The notes under the pieces: model-generated
The model's database searches: none
Told to the model about the DNA's origin: nothing
The model's input: the letters and a program-made list of their open reading frames with translations, nothing else
Shown: positions 12,401-23,741 of the stretch, in pieces
Numbering within the stretch: position 1 is the first letter of the stretch
How the letters are laid out: every line of letters begins with the position of its first letter
Position numbers and translations under genes: made by a program
Source of the DNA: an uncultured Verrucomicrobiae bacterium
GTDB taxonomy: Bacteria; Verrucomicrobiota; Verrucomicrobiia; Chthoniobacterales; Chthoniobacteraceae
Reading direction: 5' to 3'
Assembly (NCBI GenBank): GCA_963828525.1
Contig: CAWHEP010000005.1
Span: forward strand, 128,001 to 192,000
DNA: 64,000 nucleotides

Positions 12401-13050
12401 TGGACGGCCAGGTGGTGCGCTATGCCCATGTGGATGTCAGCGGGTCGAAGGAGACCTCACAAACCGTTTCGTTTGCCGAGCTGGCGGCAGGCGAGCACGA
12501 AATGAAGGCGGGCTTCTCCGGCCTCCCCGGGACGCAGGCCTCCATGAAGATCAGGGCGACGCCTCTGCCCGTCCAATTCGTGCCTCCACCCGTCAAGACG
12601 CTGGCGTCGAGCGAAAGCCCCGGCATGGAGGCCAGTCATTTGTTTGACGGCAATCTCTCGCCCAATTCCATCGGGAAGGCCGCTGACCTGGGCGGCGTTT
12701 ACCTGGCCGCGCCCAAGCAGAACGCGCCCGTGATCTGGACCGACTACGGCAAGCCAATCAAGGCGAACGGGCTGGCCTTCGCGCAGCCACCTTCCTCTCC
12801 ACCCGGCGCAAAGCATGCGACGACGATCAATCTGTGGTTTTTCGACACCGATCCCGGTGGCGGCCCGGTGGTTCCTCATGTGAAAACCAAGCGTGGTCCG
12901 GATGAAACGATCACCGTCCAGTGGCACAACGATTCTCTCCTGAGAGCTTGTCCTTTCGTCCATCCTCGCGCCGGCCAATTTGTCGTCATGCAACTTGTGG
13001 GGCACGGCGCCAGCGTCGGCGGCAGCGAATTGCGGCTAATCGCCCGGTAA
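9487..13050 (+). CDS. GH2 glycoside hydrolase (exo-beta-glucosaminidase/beta-mannosidase-like) with C-terminal extension
   Basis: Signal peptide; LDGINYRADVWLNG; GWDWTP; GHPSLLLWEGANE; WPSMIWQLFDWY. Confidence 0.88.
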   Translation: MITTPFLRQCLFGVLILSFGLSARADKTRPSFPPVDSEPLGTVSAGAIVLHDKWQMREEAIVGDHGDTFSAPTFDAKDWYPATVPTTALATLARNGIYPDPIIGTGMMKIPDVNAAENARYDLLKYSHLPDHSNPFDRPYWFRTSFTLPANYQSQTVWLHLDGINYRADVWLNGHQIANAQGVVGMFKRFRFDVSKFAKTGGATNTLAIRIHQLDVPGDPVTEQLGGVYGPVGPNGGDRTILDNVTMYQTAGWDWTPSVRDRNMGIWQHVWLEATGPVAVRDSAGFVDVHWKPGQDAPIKVRGYLDNPGQQSVSTDLTVRIAPEGFAGTAVEFRQNVSAAPGRNEFILLPTDHPELVLHNPKVWWPDTYGDHPLYRLTVSASVASRPSSSASSLLGVRTVGTLILASGGRAFTCNGRTIRLSGGAWIPDTMLSWSAQRYRDEVRLMAEGNQTVVRVNGCGIMPPDVFFNACDRNGLLVWEDFSRTSPNIVGQVDAKLLMDNMIDCIDRMRGHPSLLLWEGANEAVPPQEWAQPMQDKVLPAMDGTRPWLVSSSRNAPWGVPVIHTDSGGPYLQQPLRTLFGFYAHDAHTTAKNEIGMAAPMNINSVVRSIPDWDQTDDKNFPLNVTFGFHDAVTYYVPTHSAIAEQFGPMPDLMEYLWIGDLFDGEFYRGVYEAANKVRPRNEGTHLWKVNAAWPSMIWQLFDWYLHPNSGYYGMKEALKPIHVQYSIDDSGVQVVSTELGALKGAKMSAEIVSLQGVTESKADFTVDVAADATTVAGSLAKPFADGHAHFLALTLTTADGKVLDHDVRWVADDDVSWELQALAPATVVSTVKSAQVDGAETVDTIGIENTSNVPACDVRSEILSGPQGGEVLPSFWTDNALNFMPHEKREVTVRYRTALLAGAEPHLIVEGFNVMPREINIADGKVVPLSIKLVGCESAPARNGKPTVKLTYVNAGTSGPRYTSWPIPLAVDGQVVRYAHVDVSGSKETSQTVSFAELAAGEHEMKAGFSGLPGTQASMKIRATPLPVQFVPPPVKTLASSESPGMEASHLFDGNLSPNSIGKAADLGGVYLAAPKQNAPVIWTDYGKPIKANGLAFAQPPSSPPGAKHATTINLWFFDTDPGGGPVVPHVKTKRGPDETITVQWHNDSLLRACPFVHPRAGQFVVMQLVGHGASVGGSELRLIAR

Positions 13051-13294
13051 ACGCAGCGGCCAGTGGCACGGCCGACGCGGCAATGTTGGCAAGAGAACTA
13101 CACGGCAAAACTACTTGGTCGTGAGCCTGGCCCGTGTGGGAAAAGATGGAGAAGTATTGTGGAGCGTGGAAGCCTGAATTATTAACCACGTCCGCGGGGA
13201 CAACGCGGCTTTGAGCGGCCTGTTTTTTGATGCGGTTCGCCAACGATGATAGGATGATTTTCCGTCGGGGTGAGAGAAGGATTACAAAGGATTT

Positions 13295-16200
13295 TTACGG
13301 CTGCTTCAAGGAAGCTGCCTCTCCCGGCGGCGCCGCCTCGGCGCGCAGCACGACGGGACCGAGGAGACCCGAAGGCAATCGTGGCGCGCCAGCTTTGTAG
13401 GGGGGATAGTTGGTCCATGTCAGCCGCTGTGCCTCCGGCAAACCGGCGTCCGCGATCAGGCGGTTGGCCCACAGGTTGGCTACGTTTACCTCAAGCCGGT
13501 TTTTGCCCGGATGCAGCGCCGTGGTCACATCGGCCGCAAAGGGCGTTTTCCAAAGATCGCCAAGGCTCTGCCCGTTGACGATCAGAGACGCAATGACGTC
13601 CACCTTGCCAAGATCAAGCACCACTCTGCCCGGCAGGGTTTTTGGCAAGTCGAACTCCAGGCTGTACGTCGCCGTCCCAGAGTAATCCCGGATGCCCGCC
13701 TCAGGCGAGTCCGTCCAGGAAATGAGGCTGGGGAAGTTTGTACGCGCGGGCCCTCCCCATTTGGGATCGAAGCTCACCTCCCATGGGCCGGCGAAGCTTT
13801 GCCAAACCGGCATCGATTCCACCAAACCCGGGGCAGGTTTTGCCGGGGCCGGGCCGGCGCGGAAGACGACGAAAAGCGACTCGCGCGGTTCCAACTGGAT
13901 CGGTACCGATGTTAAAAGCCCTTGGCGAGCCGCGCCAGCCAATGCGGAAATTGAGCCGGTCTCCGGATTCCAAGCCTGGGGCAACCCGCCCTGGGCCCGA
14001 AAGTTCCCGGTAAATGACGCGGGGGTATCCCGATGGTTGGCTAGGAAGTAAATGTCCCCCTGTTCGCTCCTTCTATGGGCAAAGAGGATGCCAGCGTCCG
14101 CTCCCGTCGCCTCGAAATCTTTGGGAGTGCCAAGCAGTTCCAACTCGTCGGCTGGCGACCTGCCCCAAGCCATCGTCCCCAGCCCGGTCTTGTGTTCGCC
14201 GGGACCCTTCGGAGCGCCCGGCCCCCAGAGTTCATCGGCGATGCGCCGCACTTCCGCGTCGCCCGCCTCCCCATCTCCGAAGCTGGGCGAGCCGACCGGC
14301 TTCGTCGGGCCGAGAACGGTCGCGCCCGCCTTCACAAGAGCTTCCAAGTGTCGCGCGGCCGAGAGCGTCATGTGGTCACCACCGGCCAGCACCAGCATCC
14401 GGTAGCTCATCCCGCCCGGCAAGACCACCCGCCCATCCTGCGCGCTCGCGCGCGCCAGGATCTCATCGCCGCAAACGTCGTAATCATACCCCGATGGCGG
14501 CACGGGCCGCATCCGCCAGGTTACGATCTTCAAAGGTGTGTCGTTACCCAGGTGGTACAGCACATCGATCACAGGCTGGCCCTGCCGCATCAACGCGCAA
14601 GAGCGGGCGAGCGTATTCCAAAAACCGCCACTGTATTCCCACCAGGTATTATTCCGCTGGAAGGAGAGGATCAACTTGGGCTCGACGACGCCTGGTTTCT
14701 TATCGTCCCACGGCTGATGGACATCCGCGAGCACTACAAATCGATTGATGCCCAGCGAAAGCGCAGCGTCGGCGAGCGGCTTCTCCGTTTCAGGGTACGC
14801 GTTAAATGGGCTGCCGGTGAAAGATTCTGCCGCCGCGATCGGGTGCCCGTACAGGTGCGCGGCGCACGCTGCTTCTTTGCAGTCCATCGTCCCGTTGCGC
14901 TGGCCATACCAGAACTCGCCCATAGGGATTTCCACGCGGCCCTTCGACTGGACGTTGTCGCAGGCCATACCGGCCGCAATGCCAGGCGCCTGCGCCATCA
15001 GAGTCACCCCGTCGGCGTGGCAGAGCTTTTCGAATGTGCCGAAGTACTCGTCGCTCATCACGTCGGCAATCGTTCGACGTACGTCGAAAAGGACATGGTC
15101 AGAGAGTTGCGGACTGCCCACCACCCGGCCCGCCATCACGGGTAGGAAGCGGAGCAAGTCGTATCGACAACGCCGCCGGAATTGCGCCGGGAAATCCCCG
15201 GTCCAATTCTGCGATCCGCTCTCGGCGCTGTCGAGGTTCAGCCCGCTGACCCGCGCGCCGGGAACCGTCTTGATCTGTTCCAGGATGCGCCCGAAATAAT
15301 TCTTATATTGCACCGTTGTGGCCTCGGCGCTGAGCTTGTCGCATTCAAGGCCCATGCCTTCCGGTCTTCCATGCTTGGTCCCTGAGCCGGTCGGGGTGTG
15401 GCCGAAGCGCAGAATCGTCCATCGGCCCGGCGGAACGTCCCACTCCAGGCGCCCACCCGCATCCACCTGGCTCGTGAGATCCACGATCTTTTCGGGAGCG
15501 ATGACCTCCTCGCCTTTGTAGGGAGGGGTGCGATCGGGATTGGAGAAATCGACCACGTTGCCCGACTTGTATTCCCACTGGTCGACCAACGCTTCTCCGT
15601 GGAGATGGAGGTTTCCAAGTTGAAGAGCCAGGCCCTTGCTCGCCCCGTCCCACCCATGGAGCTTCAGCCGAAAAAAACGGGCGTTGACGGCCGGGAACGC
15701 CACGGTTTGCAGCTTCCAGTGATCTTGCAAATAGCCGCGGCCCGGCACATCGCAGATCGGCTGCCATTGCGATCCGTCATTGCTGGATTCCAACTGACCG
15801 ATGGGAGGGATGACATAGTGCGTGACCTTGGCGGGATCATCGCTCCAATCCCCTGGCTGCTGGGTAACGAGGACGAGCGCCTTGGAAATCGGGTTGATCG
15901 TGTAGCTCAAACCGCGCGCCGTGAACGGCTGGCCGTAGTCCATCTGGATCAGCACCGGCTGCTCGGCCGGTCCCGGCGGGATCTCCGCCAGCCATCGCGC
16001 CGAGGGATCGAACATATCGCGCAAACCGTGAATTGCCGGCGTGCTTTCCAGCGTCGGCTGCGCTCTTTGGGTGTCGTCGCCGGCAGGCGCGGGGAAGGCG
16101 AGCACCGCTACGTCCCGGTAATAATCCAGCTTGGTCGGCGGCTGCGGGAGAACCCCTGAAAATTTCCTACCGCCATCGACCTGCATTTCACTCGAAACCA

Positions 16201-16624
16201 GGCGCTGCATCCCAAGTGCCGGCGTGATCCAGGGACCGCCGGCGACGTAGCCACTGCAAGCGTTGACTTCGAGCGTCATGCCGAGCCGGGCGCACTCCGC
16301 GGCGGCGAATCTCACCCTCTCCATCCACTCCGGCGAAAGGCTTTTGAGCGCGTCAGGACCATCCCCAAAAACCTGCTCGTAAATAACCACGCCGCCAAAG
16401 CCGACTCGTTTTAGCGCTTCCAGATCATGGGTGATCCCGTGCTCCGTGGTGGCAGATTCACCCCAGAACCACCACATCGCCGGCTTGGCTGGCGTTGGCG
16501 GCGCGCGGAATGCGTCCTCAAGGGAATCCGGTTCGCCCGCGAGGCCGCAAAGCGCTCCAAGGAAAGTGATCGCGGCGACTCCCACGAGAATTCGTTTCGG
16601 GTCTAAAGATATGTGGCTGTTCAT
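13295..16624 (-). CDS. GH106 alpha-L-rhamnosidase-like protein (paralog 1)
   Basis: WWFWG..GITHDLEAL, GGPWITP, GLECDKLS, IPMGEFW, AAESFT, C-terminal PSGLLGPV. Confidence 0.88.
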   Translation of the reverse strand: MNSHISLDPKRILVGVAAITFLGALCGLAGEPDSLEDAFRAPPTPAKPAMWWFWGESATTEHGITHDLEALKRVGFGGVVIYEQVFGDGPDALKSLSPEWMERVRFAAAECARLGMTLEVNACSGYVAGGPWITPALGMQRLVSSEMQVDGGRKFSGVLPQPPTKLDYYRDVAVLAFPAPAGDDTQRAQPTLESTPAIHGLRDMFDPSARWLAEIPPGPAEQPVLIQMDYGQPFTARGLSYTINPISKALVLVTQQPGDWSDDPAKVTHYVIPPIGQLESSNDGSQWQPICDVPGRGYLQDHWKLQTVAFPAVNARFFRLKLHGWDGASKGLALQLGNLHLHGEALVDQWEYKSGNVVDFSNPDRTPPYKGEEVIAPEKIVDLTSQVDAGGRLEWDVPPGRWTILRFGHTPTGSGTKHGRPEGMGLECDKLSAEATTVQYKNYFGRILEQIKTVPGARVSGLNLDSAESGSQNWTGDFPAQFRRRCRYDLLRFLPVMAGRVVGSPQLSDHVLFDVRRTIADVMSDEYFGTFEKLCHADGVTLMAQAPGIAAGMACDNVQSKGRVEIPMGEFWYGQRNGTMDCKEAACAAHLYGHPIAAAESFTGSPFNAYPETEKPLADAALSLGINRFVVLADVHQPWDDKKPGVVEPKLILSFQRNNTWWEYSGGFWNTLARSCALMRQGQPVIDVLYHLGNDTPLKIVTWRMRPVPPSGYDYDVCGDEILARASAQDGRVVLPGGMSYRMLVLAGGDHMTLSAARHLEALVKAGATVLGPTKPVGSPSFGDGEAGDAEVRRIADELWGPGAPKGPGEHKTGLGTMAWGRSPADELELLGTPKDFEATGADAGILFAHRRSEQGDIYFLANHRDTPASFTGNFRAQGGLPQAWNPETGSISALAGAARQGLLTSVPIQLEPRESLFVVFRAGPAPAKPAPGLVESMPVWQSFAGPWEVSFDPKWGGPARTNFPSLISWTDSPEAGIRDYSGTATYSLEFDLPKTLPGRVVLDLGKVDVIASLIVNGQSLGDLWKTPFAADVTTALHPGKNRLEVNVANLWANRLIADAGLPEAQRLTWTNYPPYKAGAPRLPSGLLGPVVLRAEAAPPGEAASLKQP

Positions 16625-16853
16625 TGCTTCGTTGATTGCTCCGGCGTTTCAGGCTCTGCCAATGGGAAGGAAAAAAATGGTGGTCTTCCAAAACATGGAA
16701 CGCAAGCGAAACTCCCATTGCAAACAGGTCAGCTAATAGAGGGATGAAGTCTGCGCCTCTGCCTGGACGTCGATCCTCCTGAAGCGCGGACAGTCTGAGA
16801 GTTCGCCAGGCTTTTGCTGGCTTTTAAGGCGCAAAAACTGATGATGAAATACA

Positions 16854-18518
16854 ATGACCATCCCAAAAGTTACGAATTTCTTTCTTGTCTCCACTGTAAT
16901 CGGGGCGGGCCTGATGCTCAGTTCCACATCGGCTCGCGCGGAGGTAAAGCTCCCTGCGATCTTCGGCGACCACATGGTCCTGCAGCAGGGAGCAACGATT
17001 CCAGTGTGGGGTCACGCGGATGTGGGCGAGAAAATCACCGTAACGCTCGGTCCGAGCCGGGGCAGTACGACGGCTGGGGCCGATGGCAAATGGCGCGTCG
17101 ATTTGCCAGCAGCGCCGTCGGGAAGACCGCCCGGCATTTTGATCGTGGCGGGAAAAAATACCGTGACTATAAACGATGTTCTTGTCGGCGATGTCTGGCT
17201 TTGCTCGGGCCAGTCCAACATGGCGTTTGGCCTCGGTGGCACGCTCAATTGGCCGGAAGCAAGCGCCCACTTCGCGGATGACCAGATTCGCCTTTTCCAT
17301 GTAGTTGGCGCGTTCGCTTTCGCTCCTCGCGACGACGTCCATGGTTTCTGGACCCTTTGCGCCCTAGATAAAGCGGGACATCCGCCAGCGGGGACGGCGG
17401 TTGGATACTTTTTCGCCAAAAATCTGCGCCCCGTTCTGAAATGTCCGATCGGACTGATCGATTCGTCCTACGGGGGAACGACCGCGGAAGCGTGGACGGA
17501 CCTTCCCACGCTCAAGGGCAATCCTGCTTTCCGGCATTACGCCGATACCTATGATCAAGTGGCGGCGAAATACCCGGGCGGCGACAGCGATTTTGCGCAG
17601 AAAGAGGCGGAGTACAAGGCGCAGGCGAAGCAAATGCTGAATGCGGCGCTGAAAGAGCCGGCCTATCAAGCGAAGATGAGCAAATGGAAGGAGGCAGTTG
17701 CGGCGGCTCAGGCGACGGGCAAGCGCCCGCCTGCCCAACCACCCGCTCCGCTGCCGCCCAGCCTGGGCGCGGACCGCAATCTGCCCTCAGGTCTCTTTAA
17801 TGCGATGATCGCGCCACTGATTCCGTTTTCGATCAAAGGCATTATTTGGTATCAGGGCGAATCGAGCGCGGGCACGGTCCAAAGCTCCACCCTATACGCC
17901 ACGCTTTTCCCAGCGATGATCACCGACTGGCGGACGCAGTGGAAGCAAGGCGAGATTCCTTTTCTCTTCGTCCAGCTCCCCAATTACAAATCGCCCGGAG
18001 CCGACTGGCCGGACCTTCGTGAATCGCAGCTCAAAACTTTGTCTCTGCCGAAAACCGGCATGGCCGTCACGATCGATGTCGGGGAGGGCGGCAATCTTCA
18101 CCCGCTCGATAAAGCCGATGTCGGCTACCGGCTTTCATTGGTCGCCCGCCACGTCGCTTACGGGGAAAAGCTGGTTTACATGGGGCCGCTCTACGATTCG
18201 ATGAAGGTGGAAGGAAGCGCGATTCGAGTTTCCTTTAAGCCCGATTCGATTGGCAGCGGGCTGGTAATCGGAAAGTCCCCGCGCATCGATCCAAAGGCCC
18301 CACCGATCTCAACAACCGACCTGATGGGTTTTGAAATCGCGGGGGAGGATAAGAATTGGCTCGCCGCGCAGGCGATAATCGATGGAAGCATGGTGGTGAT
18401 ATCCAGTCCGCTTTTAAAAAAACCAGTGGCCGTTCGCTATGCCTGGAAAGGCGACCCCATCTGCAACTTGTATAACAAAGAAGGTCTTCCTGCTTCACCG
18501 TTCCGGACGGACGATTGA
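16854..18518 (+). CDS. Sialate O-acetylesterase (SASA) family protein
   Basis: GDVWLCSGQSNM, IWYQGES, LHPLDK, GLPASPFRTD. Confidence 0.92.
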   Translation: MTIPKVTNFFLVSTVIGAGLMLSSTSARAEVKLPAIFGDHMVLQQGATIPVWGHADVGEKITVTLGPSRGSTTAGADGKWRVDLPAAPSGRPPGILIVAGKNTVTINDVLVGDVWLCSGQSNMAFGLGGTLNWPEASAHFADDQIRLFHVVGAFAFAPRDDVHGFWTLCALDKAGHPPAGTAVGYFFAKNLRPVLKCPIGLIDSSYGGTTAEAWTDLPTLKGNPAFRHYADTYDQVAAKYPGGDSDFAQKEAEYKAQAKQMLNAALKEPAYQAKMSKWKEAVAAAQATGKRPPAQPPAPLPPSLGADRNLPSGLFNAMIAPLIPFSIKGIIWYQGESSAGTVQSSTLYATLFPAMITDWRTQWKQGEIPFLFVQLPNYKSPGADWPDLRESQLKTLSLPKTGMAVTIDVGEGGNLHPLDKADVGYRLSLVARHVAYGEKLVYMGPLYDSMKVEGSAIRVSFKPDSIGSGLVIGKSPRIDPKAPPISTTDLMGFEIAGEDKNWLAAQAIIDGSMVVISSPLLKKPVAVRYAWKGDPICNLYNKEGLPASPFRTDD

Positions 18519-18563
18519 CCCGCAACGCTGCCGCCGAGGCGAGCTAAGGGATTGCAAGGCAAT

Positions 18564-21500
18564 TTATGGGTGCTTCAAGGAAGCTGCCTCTCCCGGCACC
18601 AACGCCGCGGCGCGCAGCACGACGGGGCCGAGGAGACCCGAAGACGATCGCGGCGCGCCGGCGTGGTACATGGGGTAGCTTGTCCAGGTGAGCCGCTGTG
18701 TTTCGGGTAACTTGGCGTCTGCGATCAGGCGATTCGTCCAGAGATTGGCGACTTTTACTTCAAGATGGTTTTTTCCAGCATGCAGCGCCGGGGTCACCTC
18801 GACGGCGAACGGTGGTTTCCACACATCGCCGAAGCTTTGTCCGTTGACGACGACAGAGGCGATGACATCCACCTTGACCAGGTCGAGCACCACCCGGCTT
18901 GGTATCGTTTGTGACAGATTGAACTCACGGGTGTAGGTGGCGGTGCCGGAGTAATCCCGAATGCCCGGATCGGGAGAGTCGGTCCAGGAAATGAGCTTGG
19001 GGAAGTCAACGCGCGCGGGACCTCCCCACTTGGGATCGAAGCTCACCTGCCACGCGTCATCGAGGGTTTGCCAAACCGGCAGTGCTTCCACCAAACCGGG
19101 CGCGGTTTTCGCCGGAGGCGCGCCCTCACGGAAGATAACGAAAAGCGACTGGTTCGATTCCAACTGTATTGGCACCGCCGTCACGGGTCCCTTACGAACG
19201 GCGCCCGGCAGCGTGGAAATGGATCCCGTCTCAGGGTCCCATGCCTGGGGTGTCCCGTGATCGGAGCGAAAGTTCCCGTTGAACGACGCTGGCGCATCGC
19301 CATGATTCGCGAGAAAGTAAATGTCGTCCTGGCCGCTCCTCCTATGGGCAAAAAGAATGTCCGGGTCCGCATCCACGGCCTCGAAATCTTTCGGGGTGGC
19401 GAGCAGCGCCAGCTCCTCGGCGGGCGACCGGCCCCAGATGATTGTACCTAGCCCCGTCTTGCGTTCTCCGGCGCCGTCCGGAGTACCCGGGACCCCACAG
19501 TTCATCGGCGATCCGCCGCACGTTCGCATCGCCGGCGGCGCCATCTTCAAGGCCCGGCGATCCAAGCGGTTTCCGGAGGCCCAGGACCGTTGCCCCCGCC
19601 TTCACCAAAGTTTCCAGTTGTCGCGCCGCCGCCAGCGTAATTCGATCACCTCCGGCGAGCACCAGCATCCGGTAGCTCATGCCGCTCGGCAGTAACACCC
19701 GTCCGTCCGCCACCGCGGTGCGCAGCAGGATTTCATCGCCGCAAACGTCGTAATCATATCCGGTTGGCGGCACGGGACGCATCCGCGATATCGCTATTTT
19801 CAAGGGCGAGTCGTTGCCGAGGTGGTAAAGCAGGTCGCTCACCGGCGCGCCTCGCCGCATCATCGCGCAGGAGCGGGCGAGCGTGTCCCAAAAGCCGCCA
19901 CTGTAGTCCCACCAGGTGTTATTGCGCTCAAAGAAGGCTCTAAAACGTGGCTGAACAACGCCCGGCTTCCGATCATTCGGCTGATGGACATACGAGAGCA
20001 CGACAAAGCGGTTGATTCCCAGGGAAAGCGCCGCATCGGCCAGGGGCTTCTCCGTTTCCGGGGTGGCTGGGAACGGGCTGCCGGTGAAGGACTCGGCCGC
20101 GGCTACGCGCAAGCCGTACACGTGGGCGGCGCTGGCCGCTTCCTTGCAATCCATTGTGCCGTTTTTCTGGCCGTACCAGAACTCGCCCATCGGGATGTCC
20201 GTGCGGCCCTTTGACTGGATATTATCGCCGGGGATGCCGGTCGCAATGCCCGGAGCCTGGGCCATGAACGTGATCCCGTCCGCGTGGCAGAGCTTGGTCA
20301 TCGTGCCGAAATACTCATCGCTCATCGCATCGGCAATCGTCCGGCGGACATCGTAGAGGAAGCGGTCGGACTGGTCTGGGCTGCCCACCACCCGGCCTGC
20401 CATGGTGGGCAGGTAACGGAGCAAGTCATATCCACGCCGCTGGCGGAATTGCGCCGGAAAATCGGCGGTCCAGTTTTGCCCTCCGCTTTCCGCGCTATCC
20501 ATGTTTACCCCGCTGAGCTTCGCGCCCGGCACCGTCCGGACTTCTTTCAAAATGCGGCCGACATAGTTTTTGTATTGAACCGTCGTCGCCTCGGCGCTGA
20601 GCTTGTCGCATTCAAGCCCCATGCCCTCCGGCCTGCCGTGCTTGGTCCCCGCGCCGGTCGGCGTGTGGCCGAAGCGCAGAATCGTCCACCGCCCCGCCGG
20701 AACGTCCCAGGTCAGACGCCCACCGGCGTCCACATGGCCGGTCAAGTCTAGGATTTTATCAGGGTCGATGACCTCGTCACCCTGGTAGGGCGGAGTGCGG
20801 TCGGGATCTGAAAAATCTTCCACGTTCGCCGTTTTTTCCTCCCACTGGTCGATCAACGCCTCGCTATTCAGCCGGACATTTCCCAGCGGGAGACTTTTCC
20901 CTTTTTCGGCTCCGTCCCACCCGTGGAGATTGAGTCGAAAAAACCGCGCGGTCACGTTGGGAAACGCGGTGGTTTGCAAAATCCAACCATCCTGCCGATA
21001 GCCCCGACCCGGCAGTGCGCAGACCCGCTGCCATTGCGCGCCGTCGTTGCTGAATTCCAGCTCGCCGATGGGGGGAATAGGAGGTTTGCCCGGCTCAGCG
21101 GGGTTGTCGCTCCAGTTTCCGGGTTGTTCCGTGACAATGACGGGCGCTTTGGAGACGGGACGAACCGAGTAGCTCAAACTGCGCGCCGTGAACGGATGGC
21201 CATAATCCATCTGGATCAGCACCGGTTGGTTTGCGGATGGCGGCGAGATCTCCACTTGTTCACGGCCCGATTGATCAAAGATGCGGTCGAGCGCAGGCAC
21301 GGCCGGCGTGCTCGTTAGCCCCGGCGGTGATGGGTGTGGTTCGTCGCCGGCGGGAGAAGGAAACGCGAGCACCGCCACGTCCTGGTAAAAACCGAGCTTG
21401 GTCGGAGGCTGCGGCAGCACGCCGGAAAACTTCTGTCCTCCTTCGATCTGCAACTCACTTGACACCAACCGCTGCATCCCGAGTGCGGGCGTGATCCACG

Positions 21501-21891
21501 GGCCGCCGGCGACATATCCGCTGCACGTGTTGACCTCCAGCGTCAGGTGCAGCCGCGCGCATTCGGCGGCGGCGAATCGCACCCGCGCCATGAATTCGGG
21601 CGACAGGCTTTTGAGGGCGTCCGGCGCATCCGAGAAAACCTGCTCGTAAAGGACCACGCCGCCAAATCCGACCCGTTTTAACGACTCTAAGTCCTGGGTG
21701 ATTCCGTGATCGGTGGTCACCGATTCACCCCAGTACCACCAGATCGCCGGCTTGGCTGCCGTTGAAGGCGTGAGGAAAGCCTGCTCAAGTGATTCCCCTT
21801 CCTCGGCGACGCCGTGAAACGTGCCGAGGAGAATGAAAGTTACCGCCAACAGAAGACAACGTGTCGGAATGAGTGACATCTGATGGGTCAA
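18564..21891 (-). CDS. GH106 alpha-L-rhamnosidase-like protein (paralog 2, frameshifted near 19.5 kb)
   Basis: Colinear high similarity to 13295-16624. Confidence 0.87.
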
Positions 21892-22024
21892 CGTGGGCTT
21901 ATCAATTTCGTCTTATCAATCTATCCGTTCCAGATGGTAAGTCTGACAGGCCGATTCGCGCCCGTCCATGGTCAGCGATTCGACGAGATTCTGCAGCCGC
22001 AGTGATCAGGCGAGGCAATACGCG

Positions 22025-23591
22025 TCAATGAGCACCGGCAGGCATGTGCCAGGGATCAGGATTCGAGCGGAAGGGGAGGGCGGGGAGGCCCGCTTTATTC
22101 GAAAGATTCGGCATGGCGCGTTCATCCCACGCAAAGCGAACGGTCGCGGGGGCGGGGACGTCGGGGCTGGTGACAACGACCTGGTCGCCTTGGATCGCTG
22201 CGACGGCGGGAACGAATTTGCCATCGGCGCCCGCGAGGGTGAACCAGGTAAGCGGCTTGCCGTCGCGGCTCACGAGTCCACCGTCCACGTAGTCAAAGCT
22301 GATGACGGCGGCATTGCCTTTGATCACCATCTTCTTGAACTTGGGCCCGGAGAAGACCACATCGGGACGGCCGTAATCCTTTGCCAAGGCCCAGGCGGCG
22401 AGGCGCTCGCCGACGCTCTTCTTATCGCGCGGATGGTGATTATGCACGTCGTCGGTAATGTCCGTCGTGACCACCATGCCGGTGTGCGGGATCTGAAGCG
22501 CATCGGTCTGCTGTTCCCAGAAAAGAGCTTCGCGGTCAGCGGAGTCGGCCTTCTTCGGTCCCGGGCGTCCGTTACCGAAGTAGGTAAAGGGTGCTATCTC
22601 GACATAGTAAAAAGGGAAGTCGTCGTGCCATTCCGAGCGCCAGCTTTCGATGAGCGCGAACATCTCGTCCGCGTAACGGCCTACGTCGGCGGCCGTACCG
22701 ACGTTCGATTCGCCCTGATACCAGAGAACGCCACGGATGGCATATGGGATCAGGGGAAAGATCATGCTGTTAAACATCATCGAGAGCTGAGGGGTGCCCT
22801 TCACCCATGGTTTGCCGGAGGCTTGGGCGAAGTCGCTCAGAGAAGGAGCGAGCGTAAAGCCCTCGCTCGGGAATCCACGGTTCAATGGGAGAACCGCCGA
22901 AGGAGGAATCGATCAGGCCAATCGGGACATTGAGTTCGTGGTGGAGTTTGCGGCCAAAGTAATAGGCTGCCTGCGAAAAGTGCTGCGCGATTAAGGCCTC
23001 GCCGCTGCATGGAGACCAGGCGACGTTGGCGTCGCGCAGGCGTGTCGGTTTGCGGTCGCGACGGACATCGAGAATTCGGATCTCCGGATAATTCGCGGCC
23101 GCGAGTTCAGGCAGGGACTCGGGAGGGATGGGTGAAGGACGAATATCCGTTGAGGTGGGCGCGACTCCGAACGGCTTTTCCATATTGGATTGCCCCGAGC
23201 AAAGCCAGACCTCGCCCACCAGGACGTTCTTGAACTTAAGCGCGTTGGCGCCGCTTACCGTCATCTCTAAAGGGGTGGCCGAAGCCTTGAGCGGGTCGAG
23301 AGTTACGGTCCATTGCCCGCCGCTGCCAGCCGTGCAACTTTTGCTTTGTCCGTCGAAGCCAACCACGATCTTTTCGCCGGGAGCGGCTGTACCCCACACG
23401 GGGACGGGCTTCTCTCGTTGCAAGACCATGTTATCGCCGAAGATATGCGGCAAGGTAACTGCGGCATAAACATTTCTGGAAGAGAGTAGGGCAAAACTAA
23501 TGAGCGCGATTCTGAGGATGTTTTTATGAATTTTCGGCGACGCGCCAAAAAGTGTTCTGAATCGGAATTTCCCGGCTGGATTGTTTTTCAT
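22025..23591 (-). CDS. Sialate O-acetylesterase (SASA) family protein (frameshift near 22.87 kb)
   Basis: GEVWLCSGQSNM, WYQGESN, HPRDK, GLPALPFRS. Confidence 0.88.
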
Positions 23592-23741
23592 GGGCTGGTG
23601 GGGTTAAGGCAGATGAGTTTCTCGCACTGGGTTCATGGCGATCCCGGAGCCATTGGCTGAAGCGGGTAACGCCGCCGCCCCAGGCCGAGGCCGAGCAGCA
23701 ACAGCCGAACACGGACAATTACGGAATGCATAGAAAACCCA